From assembly GCA_964036045.1 (NCBI GenBank), contig OZ038379.1, positions 15,562,001-15,626,000 on the forward strand: DNA of 64,000 nucleotides, given 5' to 3'. The stretch comes from Eutreptiella sp. 'Long Island Sound 2002' (Eukaryota; Protista; Euglenida). The position numbers and the translations under genes are program-made. The notes beneath the pieces are model-generated. The model saw only the letters and a list, made by a program, of their open reading frames with translations, made no database searches and had not been told where the DNA came from. Shown here one piece after another: positions 1 through 12,500 of the stretch; positions within the stretch are counted from its first letter, which is position 1; each line of letters begins with the position of its first letter.

Positions 1-383
1 GATTCTTTTTGGCATAACGAGTTGCTTGCAGCAACAACAAAGTCATCGGTGCTCTCTCGCCAAACGGGAGCGTTCATGCGTTGTAGGTGGTCTACTCATC
101 ACGTATATTCCAACTTTTATGATGAGTTTGCGGGGCGCGACGAGACTTCCTCCTCGTTCGTACTTGTCCCCCGTTGCAACTTCCTCTACTCTCGGAATTT
201 CACTGACTCGCGGCCTTTTACTTCGCATCTGTGCAATACCGTAGCCTTGAACGAGAAAAAAAAATACTCGGCCCTTCGTTCTTTCAATTTAGGTATTCGT
301 GGACAAGGTCCAAATTGCTCTATCGATACATTGGGAAATGTTCATGTTTCGTTCATGTTTTTGTCCATGTTCAATTGATGAAG

Positions 384-514
384 TTTCCCTTGGTGCATGG
401 TGCTTGCCCACACGCTTGAACCTATGAGCTATTACAGCATTCCCCTTGATTTCCCTTGGGGCATGGTGCTTACCACATGCCCGAACCTCTGAGCTACTTT
501 ATCATTCCCCTTGA
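384..514. repeat. Two-copy tandem repeat, ~66-bp unit
   Basis: tttcccttgg(t/g)gcatggtgctt...cattccccttga occurs at 384-449 and 450-514. Confidence 0.8.
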
Positions 515-2778
515 TTTTTGATGGGCTCATGGCGATGTCAAATTTGGCCGATAGGTGTTTAGCGTAGTCACGTTGTTGAAGAGAAGAAAATAGCTTGTCG
601 AGCCCTCAAGCGTCTCACTAGCAACCTACATCAAACATGTTCGTACAAGATTCGCAAGTCTTGCAAGTATACGTGTCAATGCCGCCACTAGACGTTGTGC
701 AAAAACGAGGAGAACCAAAAGTGAAGTTTTCACACTTAACCTTCCTCGATCCCACTTATCGGCCAAGTTCTTGAGGCGGTGATATTGAAGAAGGGTTTTT
801 TGAAGGATGCGTCGTAGATCGGCACATGGATCACCTTCCGCAATAACCGGGTGATTTCGGATCGCACTAAAGGAGTTGCTTTTTGGGTCTTTCACTAGTT
901 CTCGGTTTGTGTATGGCATCTTCCTTTAGAACCCGGAATGGCTCGATCAATTAGCAGCCAAGCGTCGGACTACGGAGGTATGCGTTGCATGCTTATGACG
1001 CAGGTCTTCCTTCCCACAAATGCATGACCATGCTTTCCTTGTATTCCATGCTTGTGCTCGGCCAGTCCCAACCATTATGAGCAATAGCCACGCAATTGTG
1101 CGCGGCTCTTATTTGTGTGCGACGAGATTGCCCATCCTCTTGACTCAACTAAAGTTTGGTAAAGGAGTTGTCGTGGAACGAACTGTCGCCGCTTCGCACT
1201 GCAATTTTTTCGCAATTCTCTAGTGAGACCTCGGGCCAAGTTTGTCGATGAGCCCCTTCCTGATTCTAGACGTATGTGTTTGCACCACGCTTGCGCTCGT
1301 CGAGCATCGTTCGCTTGGATTGTCGGTGCCGAGACAACGTCGCATTTCGGCCCCGTTGTTGATAGTCACACCTAGTGGACGGGGGTTGTTTAGGGGCTAT
1401 TGTTATTCCGAATCCAATGTTGGTCCACATTTTTGAGGGCGTGCTTGTGCATTTTGTACATGAGGCAAACAAACGGCGAAGAAAGATGATTTTTGTCGCC
1501 AACGTGGGCGGATACGCAAAAAACGCGGACGTAGACATCGGCAGTGGATCTCCACTTGTCCATCTTCGTAAACATTTTATGATGTTTGCCTTTCAAGGCA
1601 GCAAGCCCATATCAATTTTGCCCAACTACATCGAAAGTGAGATATGGCCGGTCTCTTTTATTTATGTCTCTCGCTGCATTGCACATAAGTACCATTTGAC
1701 CACAACACTTCACGAGGATTCTCCCCCCGTTCCCGAAAACGGCTCTTTGAAAGAATTGCCATCCGACAAGCAGTAGCCCACTCGCCGGGTGGCATACAAA
1801 ATTCACTAATTCGGCTAGGGAACCCACGCATTCCTTTTGTCTTTTCATCGCTTTCTTTCACCCCACACCACCCAAACTTACGACTCGTTGAATGGTGCTT
1901 TGGTAGCTCCATTTTGATCGTCCAGGACGGTTTTCGAAATCGTTTTCATTGTGATGCATCGAGTGTTTGGCAAGTAGCTAGTTGGTGCCAACACATTTCC
2001 GCGGTGGTGTCAAAATTAGCACGAACAAACAATCTTTGGTCAAGTGAGAATCTTTCGTTGCCGTGTTTGGTCCGACCAAAGAAAAGAAAGCCCTCGTTGC
2101 GACCTAGCGTAGACACCACCAACACAGATCGATTTTCAGCGATGTGCGGACGATGTAGGAACCGAACGAGAGCAAATCCATGGTGAGTGGGTCCACGATG
2201 CCAACACCACAAAAATGCTTGACCAAGTATGGTTTATGGATGATGTTGTCACATAGTTCCTTCAACCTCCATGGGCCAAAACGGCTTTTTTCCGGGCCGA
2301 AATTGGCTAACCGAATGTTTTTTTTTGTCGGCCCAAAAGTCACCGATTGCTCTAGAGTTAGCCAATGCTTGTTTTTGGTTTGACCAATATCGGCGACAAT
2401 GAGATGTTTCGTCGGACCGAAATCGGCCAACACGATGTTCTCGACCTCTACAGCGGTGAGTCGCCAATCCAGCATCAACATGATGCGCCGCACTAGCCAT
2501 GCCTCCGACAAACGCCCAGAGAAAGTGTCGTATCCACCTTCATCAGGTATTCACCTTCATGAGGGAAGGATTTCCATCCCGCACACCCACGCACAAGCAC
2601 ACTGCGTTTTGTGGGTGGGTGATGGGTCTTTGATTGCATGTGTGCAGCTTGAAGTGCATGCAGCCTCGAAAATGTAATTGCTCGACTACACATAAAGATT
2701 GCGGTTCCCCTCCAATTTGTTCATGCGTACCCTCATTCTTTGGTCCGTGACTACCCACCCAATACGCCTTCTTGGTAG

Positions 2779-2874
2779 TGCCACGTGTGGAAGCCTGGGC
2801 TGATGAGACCTTTGATGGCTGTGCTGTGCCCAACAATACTCTCGAGTATGTTGTGATCGTGCCCTGTTTAGAAT
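2779..2874 (+). CDS. Candidate upstream kinase-gene exon
   Basis: AG before, GTAAGC after; open frame PRVEAWADETFDGCAVPNNTLEYVVIVPCLE; phase-1 end joins 3200-3308; no homology support. Confidence 0.4.
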
Positions 2875-3199
2875 GTAAGCGAAACGTTGGACGAGCCAAT
2901 GTTCTTCGACGGCTATTCAACACGCCTACAACGGGCCTACAGAGGCAATACGCCTTCCATCAGTTTATCTACAATTCTTCCGGTTTCCGATTTTTTGGGC
3001 TGGCGGGCAAATCAGTATCTGCATTTTTTCGGGCACGTCAGGCACGCCGGCCAAGTCGGGCACGTCATTTTCCGTGCATTTGGCGCAAACATCATTTTGG
3101 AAACGAGCGGGGAAGGGTGACCCAAGCTTCCCAACCTGCTCCCCTTTGGCTCCTCCCATTTAATGGTGCTCTTCAACGGTGCGTCACACAGGTTTTTAG

Positions 3200-3308
3200 G
3201 TGTCCCAACAGCCATCACATCGGTGGTGGTGATGACGGTTACGGCCCGGAAACTCCAACAGCACAAAACGCCCCACGCAGGCAGGCTGGAGCCTGCCGAT
3301 ATGCTGGC
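3200..3308 (+). CDS. Candidate upstream kinase-gene exon, hydrophobic segment followed by RK
   Basis: TTTTTAG acceptor, GTAGTT donor; (C)VPTAITSVVVMTVTARKLQQHKTPHAGRLEPADML(A); phases fit both neighbours. Confidence 0.45.
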
Positions 3309-3429
3309 GTAGTTGTGGGGTTGTGGTCGCGATTGTCTGCATGAGAGTTGCTTGTGCAGCGTGTTGTCCCGTGGACGTTCGTCGCAGTGCACCTGGCCCT
3401 CTCCTTGTTCCAAACCTGTGCCTCTGCAG

Positions 3430-3564
3430 TGACTCTGCGTTGAGCCCTTTGCCGTCCGAAAATGGTAGGCCACCACAAGAGTGGCGGCCTGGTCCTCAGG
3501 CCCTCAAGGACCGCTTCCCCAGCCCCCTTGGCATCTTTGAGGTCGGCGAACGTATCAGCAGTGG
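3430..3564 (+). CDS. Kinase exon, pre-kinase linker and start of subdomain I
   Basis: DSALSP...SPLGIFEVGERISS(G); ctgcag acceptor, gtgtgt donor. Confidence 0.75.
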
Positions 3565-6500
3565 GTGTGTTGATTGCGCATGATACCTGCCACCCTGCAT
3601 TGCCTGGCACAGCCTTTTCTCTTAGTTCTCTTCCATCTGAACCCCAAGCCATATCTCTCGGGGACGGTACTGAACCTGCCAACTTTGTGGGTTTTTGGGG
3701 GTCGGTGCCATTGTTGCCTCATTTGTGCCCACCGAGTGTCCCAGAGGGGTATGTGGGGTATATTTGGAAAGCCCTTGAAAAGGGCTATTTGGAACACCCT
3801 GGGTCTGCATGTTGTACTGACGACATCTTTGAGAGTTTTGTCCGTTTTGGACGGTGCCTGTGTTGCTTGCTGCCTCTTTTTGTCAACAGGCAGCTACCAT
3901 GTCTTCATACAAATTCACGCCACGGGCTGTTGCTTCCCCGGATGCACCACAAAAGCCTTTGACGCGCAAAAGGGCTCGCTCTGGGGGAAGAAATATGTCC
4001 CTGTCCACAAACAGGGGGATGTCTGCCCTAATGGGGTCCCCGCCCTGCCTGAAAAAAGCAATGCTGACAGTGACAGTGATTCTGAATAAAAATGGATAAA
4101 CGGTGCAGTGCTGTGTTTGTGTGCACTGTCCCATGTGTTGTGCTGCGCTGAAAAATCACAACCCCTCCCCCCCAAACCCATACATTTCTGAAATGGCGTT
4201 TTCTTGCAGATTTCAAAAAGTATACACATACCCCCCCCCCCAGGTGACGACATGTTTGCACGCGGAAGCAAAAGTTGCAGAAACTACCGAAAAGTGCCAA
4301 AACCCACAAAGTTGGCAGGTTCTGAATGTCCCCGAGAGATATGCTCATGTCCTCATGTTCATTGCTGTGCTCCTCATTTATCCCCAGGGAGAAAGTGCAC
4401 AGGGTACAGAGGGGCGGAGTGCCGCAGAGCAAGAGGGACTGCAGCAGGGCACAGGGAGAGGGTTGCAGCAGGGCTCGTTGCTGACACTGATCCGTCTGTT
4501 GTTTATGCGTTGCTGCAACTCAGGTAACCAACCTGCAATTCTGTTTCGCGTTGCGCCTCGTGGTCATGGTTCCCAGCCCCTGTTTCTCTTGCAGTTCCTC
4601 CCGCCACCCATGTCTCATCTCCTGCAGACATTATGGGACTGTTTACCGTGGCCTGAAAAAAGGCACATGTGAGATTGTGGCCATCAAGAAGGTGCTGTGC
4701 GGTCCGACTGAGGTCTAGGGTTGCGAGTTTAGAATTTCGGTTCCTACGCTTCCCACATATCAGTCTGTTGACCTTGGAACCCTCAATACCAATTCTGCAG
4801 CATTTTTTTTTAACTGCAGCAGGACCGCAGCATTGGTCTTTAACCACGCAGGATACTGGAGAACAATTTGTGGGCACCAAGGCTTGCGATGTGTCTTTTG
4901 CGTAGGGTAGTGTGTCTGATCTCAACCATTTTCGTTGCAGGTTGCTATCGACGGCCATTGGGTGGTAAGCGAGTTCGAAAACCTGATCCATTGTATGCCC
5001 CTCCGTTCTCTGCGACCACTGGCATTTGGATCTCTTGGACGCTGAACGAATGAAGCCTTGAGGGAACCTTCCACGGCCAAGCACTGTCTGCAAGGGGTTG
5101 CCCATGGGCGCCGCCGCATCAGAGAGCTCTAAGCAGGAGTGGGCAGGGGGAGTGCCAAGGTTCAGGTACAGTTGAGAAAGTTCGGATCACCGGTCATACA
5201 ACAACCACGGGTAAATGTATCAACACAGAAGCCGTGCAGGGGGTCTTGCCAAACCTCTTCTTCTTTGGTGCTTTTGGTTGAGCGAAATTCTCGAGCGCGT
5301 TTGGTGCAAGATCTTTCTCAGGGATGGGAGCTCGCACATGCCCAATTGTAGGCACCAGTTTTTGTGGCCTCATCCACAGGACTGTCGCATGTGTTGCAGG
5401 TCGGTCCAATTACGTTGTGCATTGTGAAGGATGCTACTACAGTGAGGAAGAGGACATGTTGTGGGTATGTGCTGGAGGCTGGATGGAGGCTAGGCATTGC
5501 ACCACTGAGCTTTCTTGTGCTCTGAGACGTGATTCTGATTTTGGCAGAAGCATTTGGGTGTGTCGAAAGTGATGGCCACGTTTTCACATCATCTTCACGT
5601 TCTTGTGGTATTTTTTCTGCCCGTTATGCCAACATACCAGGGCCAGTGTAGGTGCATGAAAAATTGGGGTCCGGGAAGTGATTGTGGGCTGCTGTGGCGC
5701 TGTATCGTGTGATTTTAATATTTTCACATAACGACATAGTTCTGGCGGATCTGTGAGGTGCAGGGGGGGGGGGGGGGGTTGGCGCACATGAGGTGCATGG
5801 AGGAGGGGGGGGGGGGTTGGCGTGTATGTGGCGCAACAGGTGGGGGGGGGGGGGCTGGGGGGGTTTGGCATCCAACAGGGGGTGGACAGTTGAGTAACAT
5901 CCACCACAAGTTCAGCAGCACCTGCGAAAAGTTGAGTAACATCCACCAACTTGGTGGAACCAGTAAGGCTTTATTAACTACGCGGGAGGCGGGGTTGCCC
6001 ACGCTGCAGTGGGATGAGACAGCAAGTGGAGCACCCCATTTTTGGAATATCGTACCACCGGGGATGGCATTGCAATTGCGCCAGGCACCAGGCCGGCGTG
6101 AAGTGGTGAGACAGGGCGCAGGGCAGTTAGAAGATGAGCTCCCAGAGACGACAACTATCTTCGAGACGCCACTAGATGGGCTGTGCCTATTCCACGCTCT
6201 GGCGAGAGTGTGGAACGAAGTGCACCCACAAGAGGCGCCACAGACGGGCCAAGGGATGAAGCGCAATCTGCTGGAAAAGATGGAGGACACCCCAAGCCGG
6301 ACAGTGGAGGGACAGACACTTGCGCAGATCATCAAAGAGGATGGGTGGGCAGAAGCACCGGAGGAGGGCCACAGGCAAGGGACACAACAAACACAGCAAA
6401 CACCGGAGACAACGCAGAAAGATGGCAAAACAAGGTGATGCAATGCGGAATTATGCACTGCACCAGGGGTAGAACCACGATACACATGTCATGGGTGTGG

Positions 6501-9500
6501 CACATGGAACCACAGACAGTGCGCGCCGCCGGGCGGAGATGGAGGACAATTAGGAGTGTGGTCGTGTGCGCAATGCCGCATGTGGAAGGTGGTGTTTATG
6601 TCAGTTGGGGGAAACAGTGCTGGGAAAAGGACGTGTGGAGTGCCTAGTCTGTGGAGACGACGTGAAGACCGCCGGGAAGTACGTGCGCAACGCCAAACAA
6701 TGTATCTCTGGGGGCATAGCAATAGGTGCATCAATGAAAAAACAAGGGCATTGTGTGAGTGCAACATCCCGCAGGTGCTCGTACACAGGTTCAAAAAGTG
6801 GCAGAAGAGCCACAACCAAGCCACCAGACAGCGAAGGGCAGCAATGGTGAAACAGAAACGGGAGCAGGCGGCGGCCCAGGACAGGTGGCAGCTAGGAACA
6901 AAAGTTTGGCTCACAGGGCCGCGGAGGGCAAAACTGAATGGAGCAGAAGGGAGCATCCAAGGGGAGGAAAATGGCTGGGTTCTAGTACAACTGGACCACC
7001 AAAAGGGAGGCAGAACAGTGGCAGTCACCCACGACCACTTGGGCGGCCTGACCCCAGGTAATGGCAATAGTAGGGGCAGTCGGGAGCAAGCTAGTAGCCC
7101 GCAAACAAGGAGAGCAGGAGCACAAAGGCATGACAGGGCGCCGGTGAGGCCACCTGCAGCAGCCCCCCACGTGGAGGCGGCCGTGTTGGTGCCTCATTGG
7201 TGGCAGGGGCAGCGGTAGTGGTGGTGGGTAGCGCAAGGCACCTTGCGACAGGATCAGCAGTGCGTCTGCAAGGGCTGCGGCAGGTGGAATTCAACGCATG
7301 TGAGGCCATGGTGGTGGGGCATGACAGCTTCAGAGTGCAGGTGGGCGTAACAAAGGGGCCACAACACACACAAGGAAGGGAAATTCGCGTAAAGAGAGCG
7401 AACGCTGTCCGAGTGGAGAGGCCAATGACAAACATGGCCCCCCAGCCACAGCCCCAGCACAAGGCCCAGCCGGTGGGGGCCAACCAACCAACCAACAGTC
7501 CCACACACTAGAGGATAGGACCCAGTTGCGGACATACCAGACACACTGCTAGGGAACTAGTACCAAGTGCGGTACCCTGGGGCGACAACAGAGGAAATGA
7601 AGCGGGCATACAAGCAGCTCAGTGTCAAGCTACACCGAGACAAAAACACACCACAAGGAGAAGGCTGAGGGACTATTCAAACAAATAGGGAAGGCAAAGG
7701 ATGGACTACTAGACACAGAGGCCCGAAGACGGCACAACGCCGACATACAAAGAGGGACAGGCGCCAACAACGGGAGGTACGCCATTGCAATAGAGGAGCT
7801 GCGACACATGGCCCCGGACAGGAGGGCAGAAGGCTAGGGGAACCAAACACGCTGACGATGCAACGACGCTTTGCATACGTGACCGTGGACTTCATGGAAG
7901 CGCACAAGTACAGTACGGGCCCGCGAGTGGAAGCTAGCCTACACACCGATGCCCAACATGACCAGGGGTGAGGTGTGGTACCTCATATGCCGAGGACTGA
8001 TGATGCCGGTGGTCCGGGTGCGCATCGTGGCCGTTGGTGTGTATACCCCGCAGTGTAGCTGCCACCCACATGGGGTGTGCTACACACATGGAGAGTGGCA
8101 ACCGGTTTTGCACCCAGATGGGGGCCTACCAGGAGAGAACGTCCTGGTCTCACAACCGGGCAGATTGCTGCCCACTGATCGCATAGCGAAGTTAATCGCG
8201 GCAGCCTACCGGAGGCGTTGAGGGGTTCATCATAACGCCCAGGCACGCAGATCCGACAGAATGCAGCACAGTGCAGCGCAACGCACATTAGAACGGCAGA
8301 GGGCAGCACGACGCCCAAGCACACAGAGCTGACAAAGGCGCACAAAGGAGATCAGCACACAAACCTCGTAGGCAGGCCCCGGGGGCTCGGATTCGGCCCC
8401 GCCAATGGGTGGGCGGCCCTATCCAAAAACTTCGGAGGTTACCCGGACTCGGCCCCGACAGGAAGTAGCCCTGCCCGGGTAGCCGCGCCGCCACGCCTCA
8501 TGGAGGTAGCGCAGCGCACAACGCAGCGCAGCACGCTAGAGCTGGTAGAGGCACACAGCGAAACTTGCCAGCACATGAAAGCACGCAGCACACAGTATAG
8601 CAGAACAAAGCAAAGTAGTGTACCGCACCAACAGCAGCCCAACACCCAACACCCAACACCCAGGGTGGGGGCCAGACCCACCACACGGGCACTTCACCCA
8701 CACACAGCCACCGCCGCCCACAAACAAGGCACGCACGTGGAGCATCACCAAGTGCCCACGACCCCACGCCCCAACGCCAACACGGCGCCCACCACACACG
8801 CAACCACCAAGGCCACACCTATACACAACATAGAAGGGATGCTTCCCTGGTGCACTCCCGGGAGCCATCACCATCCCGACCACACAGGGAGGAGAAGGCA
8901 ACCCAAACCTAAGTAAGGGGGTCGCCCCTGCGGGGCTTTGGCAGCCGGCTACGTGAGTCCACCCCTTGGTTGGTCGTGTGCAGTGACCACCAATGGTTTG
9001 GACGCTGCGTCTCATAAGCGTGCCCAAGGCCCCTGCACTAGGCCCTGGTGACGGAACTTAGCTACTCGCGGGCAGTACATGTTTTAGGTCACTGCCCAAT
9101 GGACAACCGCGTGGACAGCCCGGAGTGAAGTCCTCAAACAGGGAGCCCCTCAGCAACCCAGAAAGCAAAAGAGCAACAACACAACACATTCACCCCAGAA
9201 CAACCCCAACAAACACAAGTGACAGGTTAGTTTGTAGATTTGGAGACATGTGCAAAAGTGCCCAGTGCACCCAATTGCAAGTGGGACAACCCGACAGCCA
9301 CAAGGGGATGCAGGGAGCAACATGCTGCCCCCCCGGCGCCGCACACCAGCAGCAATGAGCATGCCAGCAGAAAAAGAAAGAGCCCGAAATAGGGAGAAAG
9401 GCAAGCAGCAAAGCAGCTAGGCACAGGGCCGCCCCACACACGGCAGTGAGACGAGCCCCAATAGGACACACAACAATACACAAGGGAACCATGAGGTGCG

Positions 9501-12500
9501 AGCACTACAGCAACCACCAAATGCGGCGCACACCGAGCGAGCCATCAGCAAACACCCCCCCCCCCTCCCTCTACAAGGTGCCCACGTACTCCACAAGGGC
9601 GGGAGCTGCGCCCCGCGCGCCGGGAGGTGCCCGCCATGGTGGGTGGCAACAGGGCCGTGACCAGCCAACCGCGCACTGGACAGTCCACGTCGTACGGAGA
9701 TGTGAAAACCTCATACGGGGGTGCAGGCGGGTGGGACAGGAGGGGGTGCGCGACAGGGGCACCCAGGAGCGCCAATAGACAAGGGGAGGAGCAACACAGA
9801 CACACAGAACGCGGGAGCCACACCAGGAGGGACAAGGGCGAGCACAGCAAACAAGGAGGAGGGGCACAGCAAGGCAGGAGAGGCAACCAGAACAGCGGGA
9901 ACAGGGAACCAGAATGGAGCGGATGGCAGAGCGTGTGCATGGGAGGCAGCGACAATAAAGGGGATGGCTTGGCCAGCCAGCCCCGTCGCTGCCGGGTGCC
10001 AGGGCAACCCCTGCTCAACCGGCATCAGGTGGGGGGTGTCTCCCGCAGCCCAGATGGGCTGTTTGCGCAACAGGAGCGGGAGCCCATCAGGAGCAGACCA
10101 GCCGTGAGGGGGAAAAGGACATATCGTGGACGGCCGGGACAGTGCGTGGAGGAACAGGGCACCTGGGCCTCACGCACACAGAAACACAGCGAGGCAACGG
10201 ACGGCCTGTGGACAGAGGCGCGTGGACAGCAAAAACAGTCAAACGACCCCAGCAACAACCAGCACATCCTCCATACGCCAATTATTGGGCACCGCTGACG
10301 CGCAAACGGCACACCATGCTACATTCAGCACAGCCGCAACAACCAGCACATCCTCAATACGCCAATTATTGGGCGCCGCTGACGCGCAAACGGCACACCA
10401 TGCTACATTCAGCACAGCCCCAACACACCAACTACTGGGCTCCGCGAACGCGGAAACAACACCAGCAAGGGCACCGGCCGCAGCGGCCGACAGAAAGCAG
10501 CAACCCGACGCAACATGCAAAGGGAAGAATGGGTGGCTGTCAAGGGCCCCGTAAAGGAGCAACAACCAGACGGAATGTCACACAGGGGGGCTGGGGGGGT
10601 TTGGCATCCAACAGGGGGGTGGACAGTTGAGTAGCATCCACTGAAAGTTCAGCAGCACCTGCGAAAAGTTGAGTAACATCCACTAACCTAGTGGAACCAG
10701 TAAGGCTTTGTTACCTACGGTGGAGGTACCCCTTTTAGCCACCAGCGGTAGCAAGCAGCAACAACGAGCATGCGTAAAATGGTTAAAAGTCAGAACTCTG
10801 TTGTGGTGGCTGGGATTTGGGCGAGCCTTTGAGTCTTTGGTAAATGAAACCTGTGAGTATCAAGTACAACGACACAAAGTTTGAGCAGGCAACTCAATAG
10901 CAACGGCCAGGACTGTGCGCTGCACATGGCAGATTCAGTTCTTCTTCTCTCAAAATCTGTCAAATTTGGCAAAAAAAATGCCATTTCTTGGCCGGCTTGG
11001 GTATCTATGATGTTTGTGGAGGGGGCCATTTGCATTGGAGTCAAACTGGATGATGAACAAACACGTTGGTGCACCGTTTGGTAGCTTTTGACTTCCAATG
11101 CTCACTTTTTTCCAATGTCACCTTCCTTTGCTGTGTTTGACTGCCATGTATTGCATTGGGCATTGGGCATCCTTATGGTGATAAAAAATGATGAATAGGA
11201 GCATTGGCAAGCTATTTCCACACCTTTCACCGCTTAAATGCTAGGGTCGGATTACATATGGAGATATAGTGGGGCTCACATGTGGTTCAAAAGGTGGTGC
11301 AAAATTATTTTTTCTACATTCGTCTCTGGACTACCTGGGGTGCATAAAGAAGTGGTTTTAGGCTGTTTTGAGCTGGTTTTGACCCATACCAGCCCATGCA
11401 AGCTCCCAAAAGGCCGCGAAAAGGGCCATTTTTGGACCGTAAAGGGGTCAAAAATGCGTTTTTCCAAAGGTGATCCTATCGTTTGGGATGCTAAAATAAG
11501 TGGTTGTTCAGCTATTTTCAATTTTCTTTGAGCCATTTTTGCTTGCTTTGCTTGCACAATTGTCAAAACTGCATAGATCATGTTAGATGGGAGCGCCAGG
11601 GCCGGGGCCTGATTTGAGAGGGTCTTTGAGGGGCTTCTTTTATGGGGACCTGTTGGGGGATCCTTCATAGAGCTTCTTTACGAGGTCCTGTAAAGGGGTC
11701 TTTAAGGGGGGTCATGGGCATTCTGAGAGGTTGTTCACCGGCTAGGGTCTTTCAAGGGTATCTTTCCAGGGACTCCTTTTGGGGGTCCTTTGGGGGGTTC
11801 TTCAAGGGAGTCTTTTCAGGTGGTCCTTCAAGGGGCTTCTTTAGGGAGGTTGTTTGGGGACCACTCAGCTGGTATTTCACGGTGGTCTTTAGAGGGGATT
11901 TCATAGCAGGGTCTTTTGGTGGGGTCATGGGTCCTTGCATTTGTCCGCAACCGTGGCCCAAATTTAGGTGGACATTGTTCAACTATTGGCGGGTGCGCCT
12001 AACTTTTGGTGGATGGTGGATGGTAGCCGGGTCCTTATGGTTCTCTTGAACATGGTTGAAAAATGGACCACAGCATGGCACCATGGCGTTAGAGAAGCCT
12101 CAGTGGGCGAGCAGAGTTGAGCAGAACTGAACCAGGGTTTTGGGTGTCCAGGCAGTTGATTGAACAGGTGAAGGACACACTGCGAATGGCCGAAACGTGG
12201 GCCGGCAGGTCAGGAGCAGTCATGCAGTGTTGACTGCCAATTTATGTCTGTGGTGCAGCATGGTGTCCCATTTCTGTTTTGCAGCTGGTGATGGAGTTTC
12301 TCAGCCACACGCTCGAACGGGATCTGCCAAATGGCCAGTATTTGAAGGAGGAGTTCATTGCTGGTATTGTGCAACAGGTGTGTGTTGTTCGAAAGTCATA
12401 CTGTCTCAGGGACCCCTGACGCCACAGCAGAGTTTTTAGTCCATCCGGCGTCGGTAGCCATTGGCATTCCCTGCGATTTTCTTTGAGACCTCTGGTACCG

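Noticed and set aside
22-2200. Short ORFs, one with a helicase-like LLLVGWQFFQ fragment
   Set aside because: No ordered motif set in any frame; cannot be named without a search
2805-2890. CTGATGA as a hammerhead ribozyme core
   Set aside because: No stem II or GAAA in the required geometry
4388-4523. Apparent kinase exon (DPSVVYALLQLR with a GTAACC donor)
   Set aside because: Splicing it to 4628 destroys the Gly-rich loop, whereas 3430-3564 gives ISSGHYG in phase; it could at most be an alternative exon
5324-5572. ORF that looks like a PHD or Zn finger
   Set aside because: The conserved part is kinase subdomain IV (exon 5400-5464); the flanking Cys are intronic read-through
8500-10630. Many 100-220 aa ORFs on both strands
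   Set aside because: Low-complexity translations of strand-biased repeat DNA
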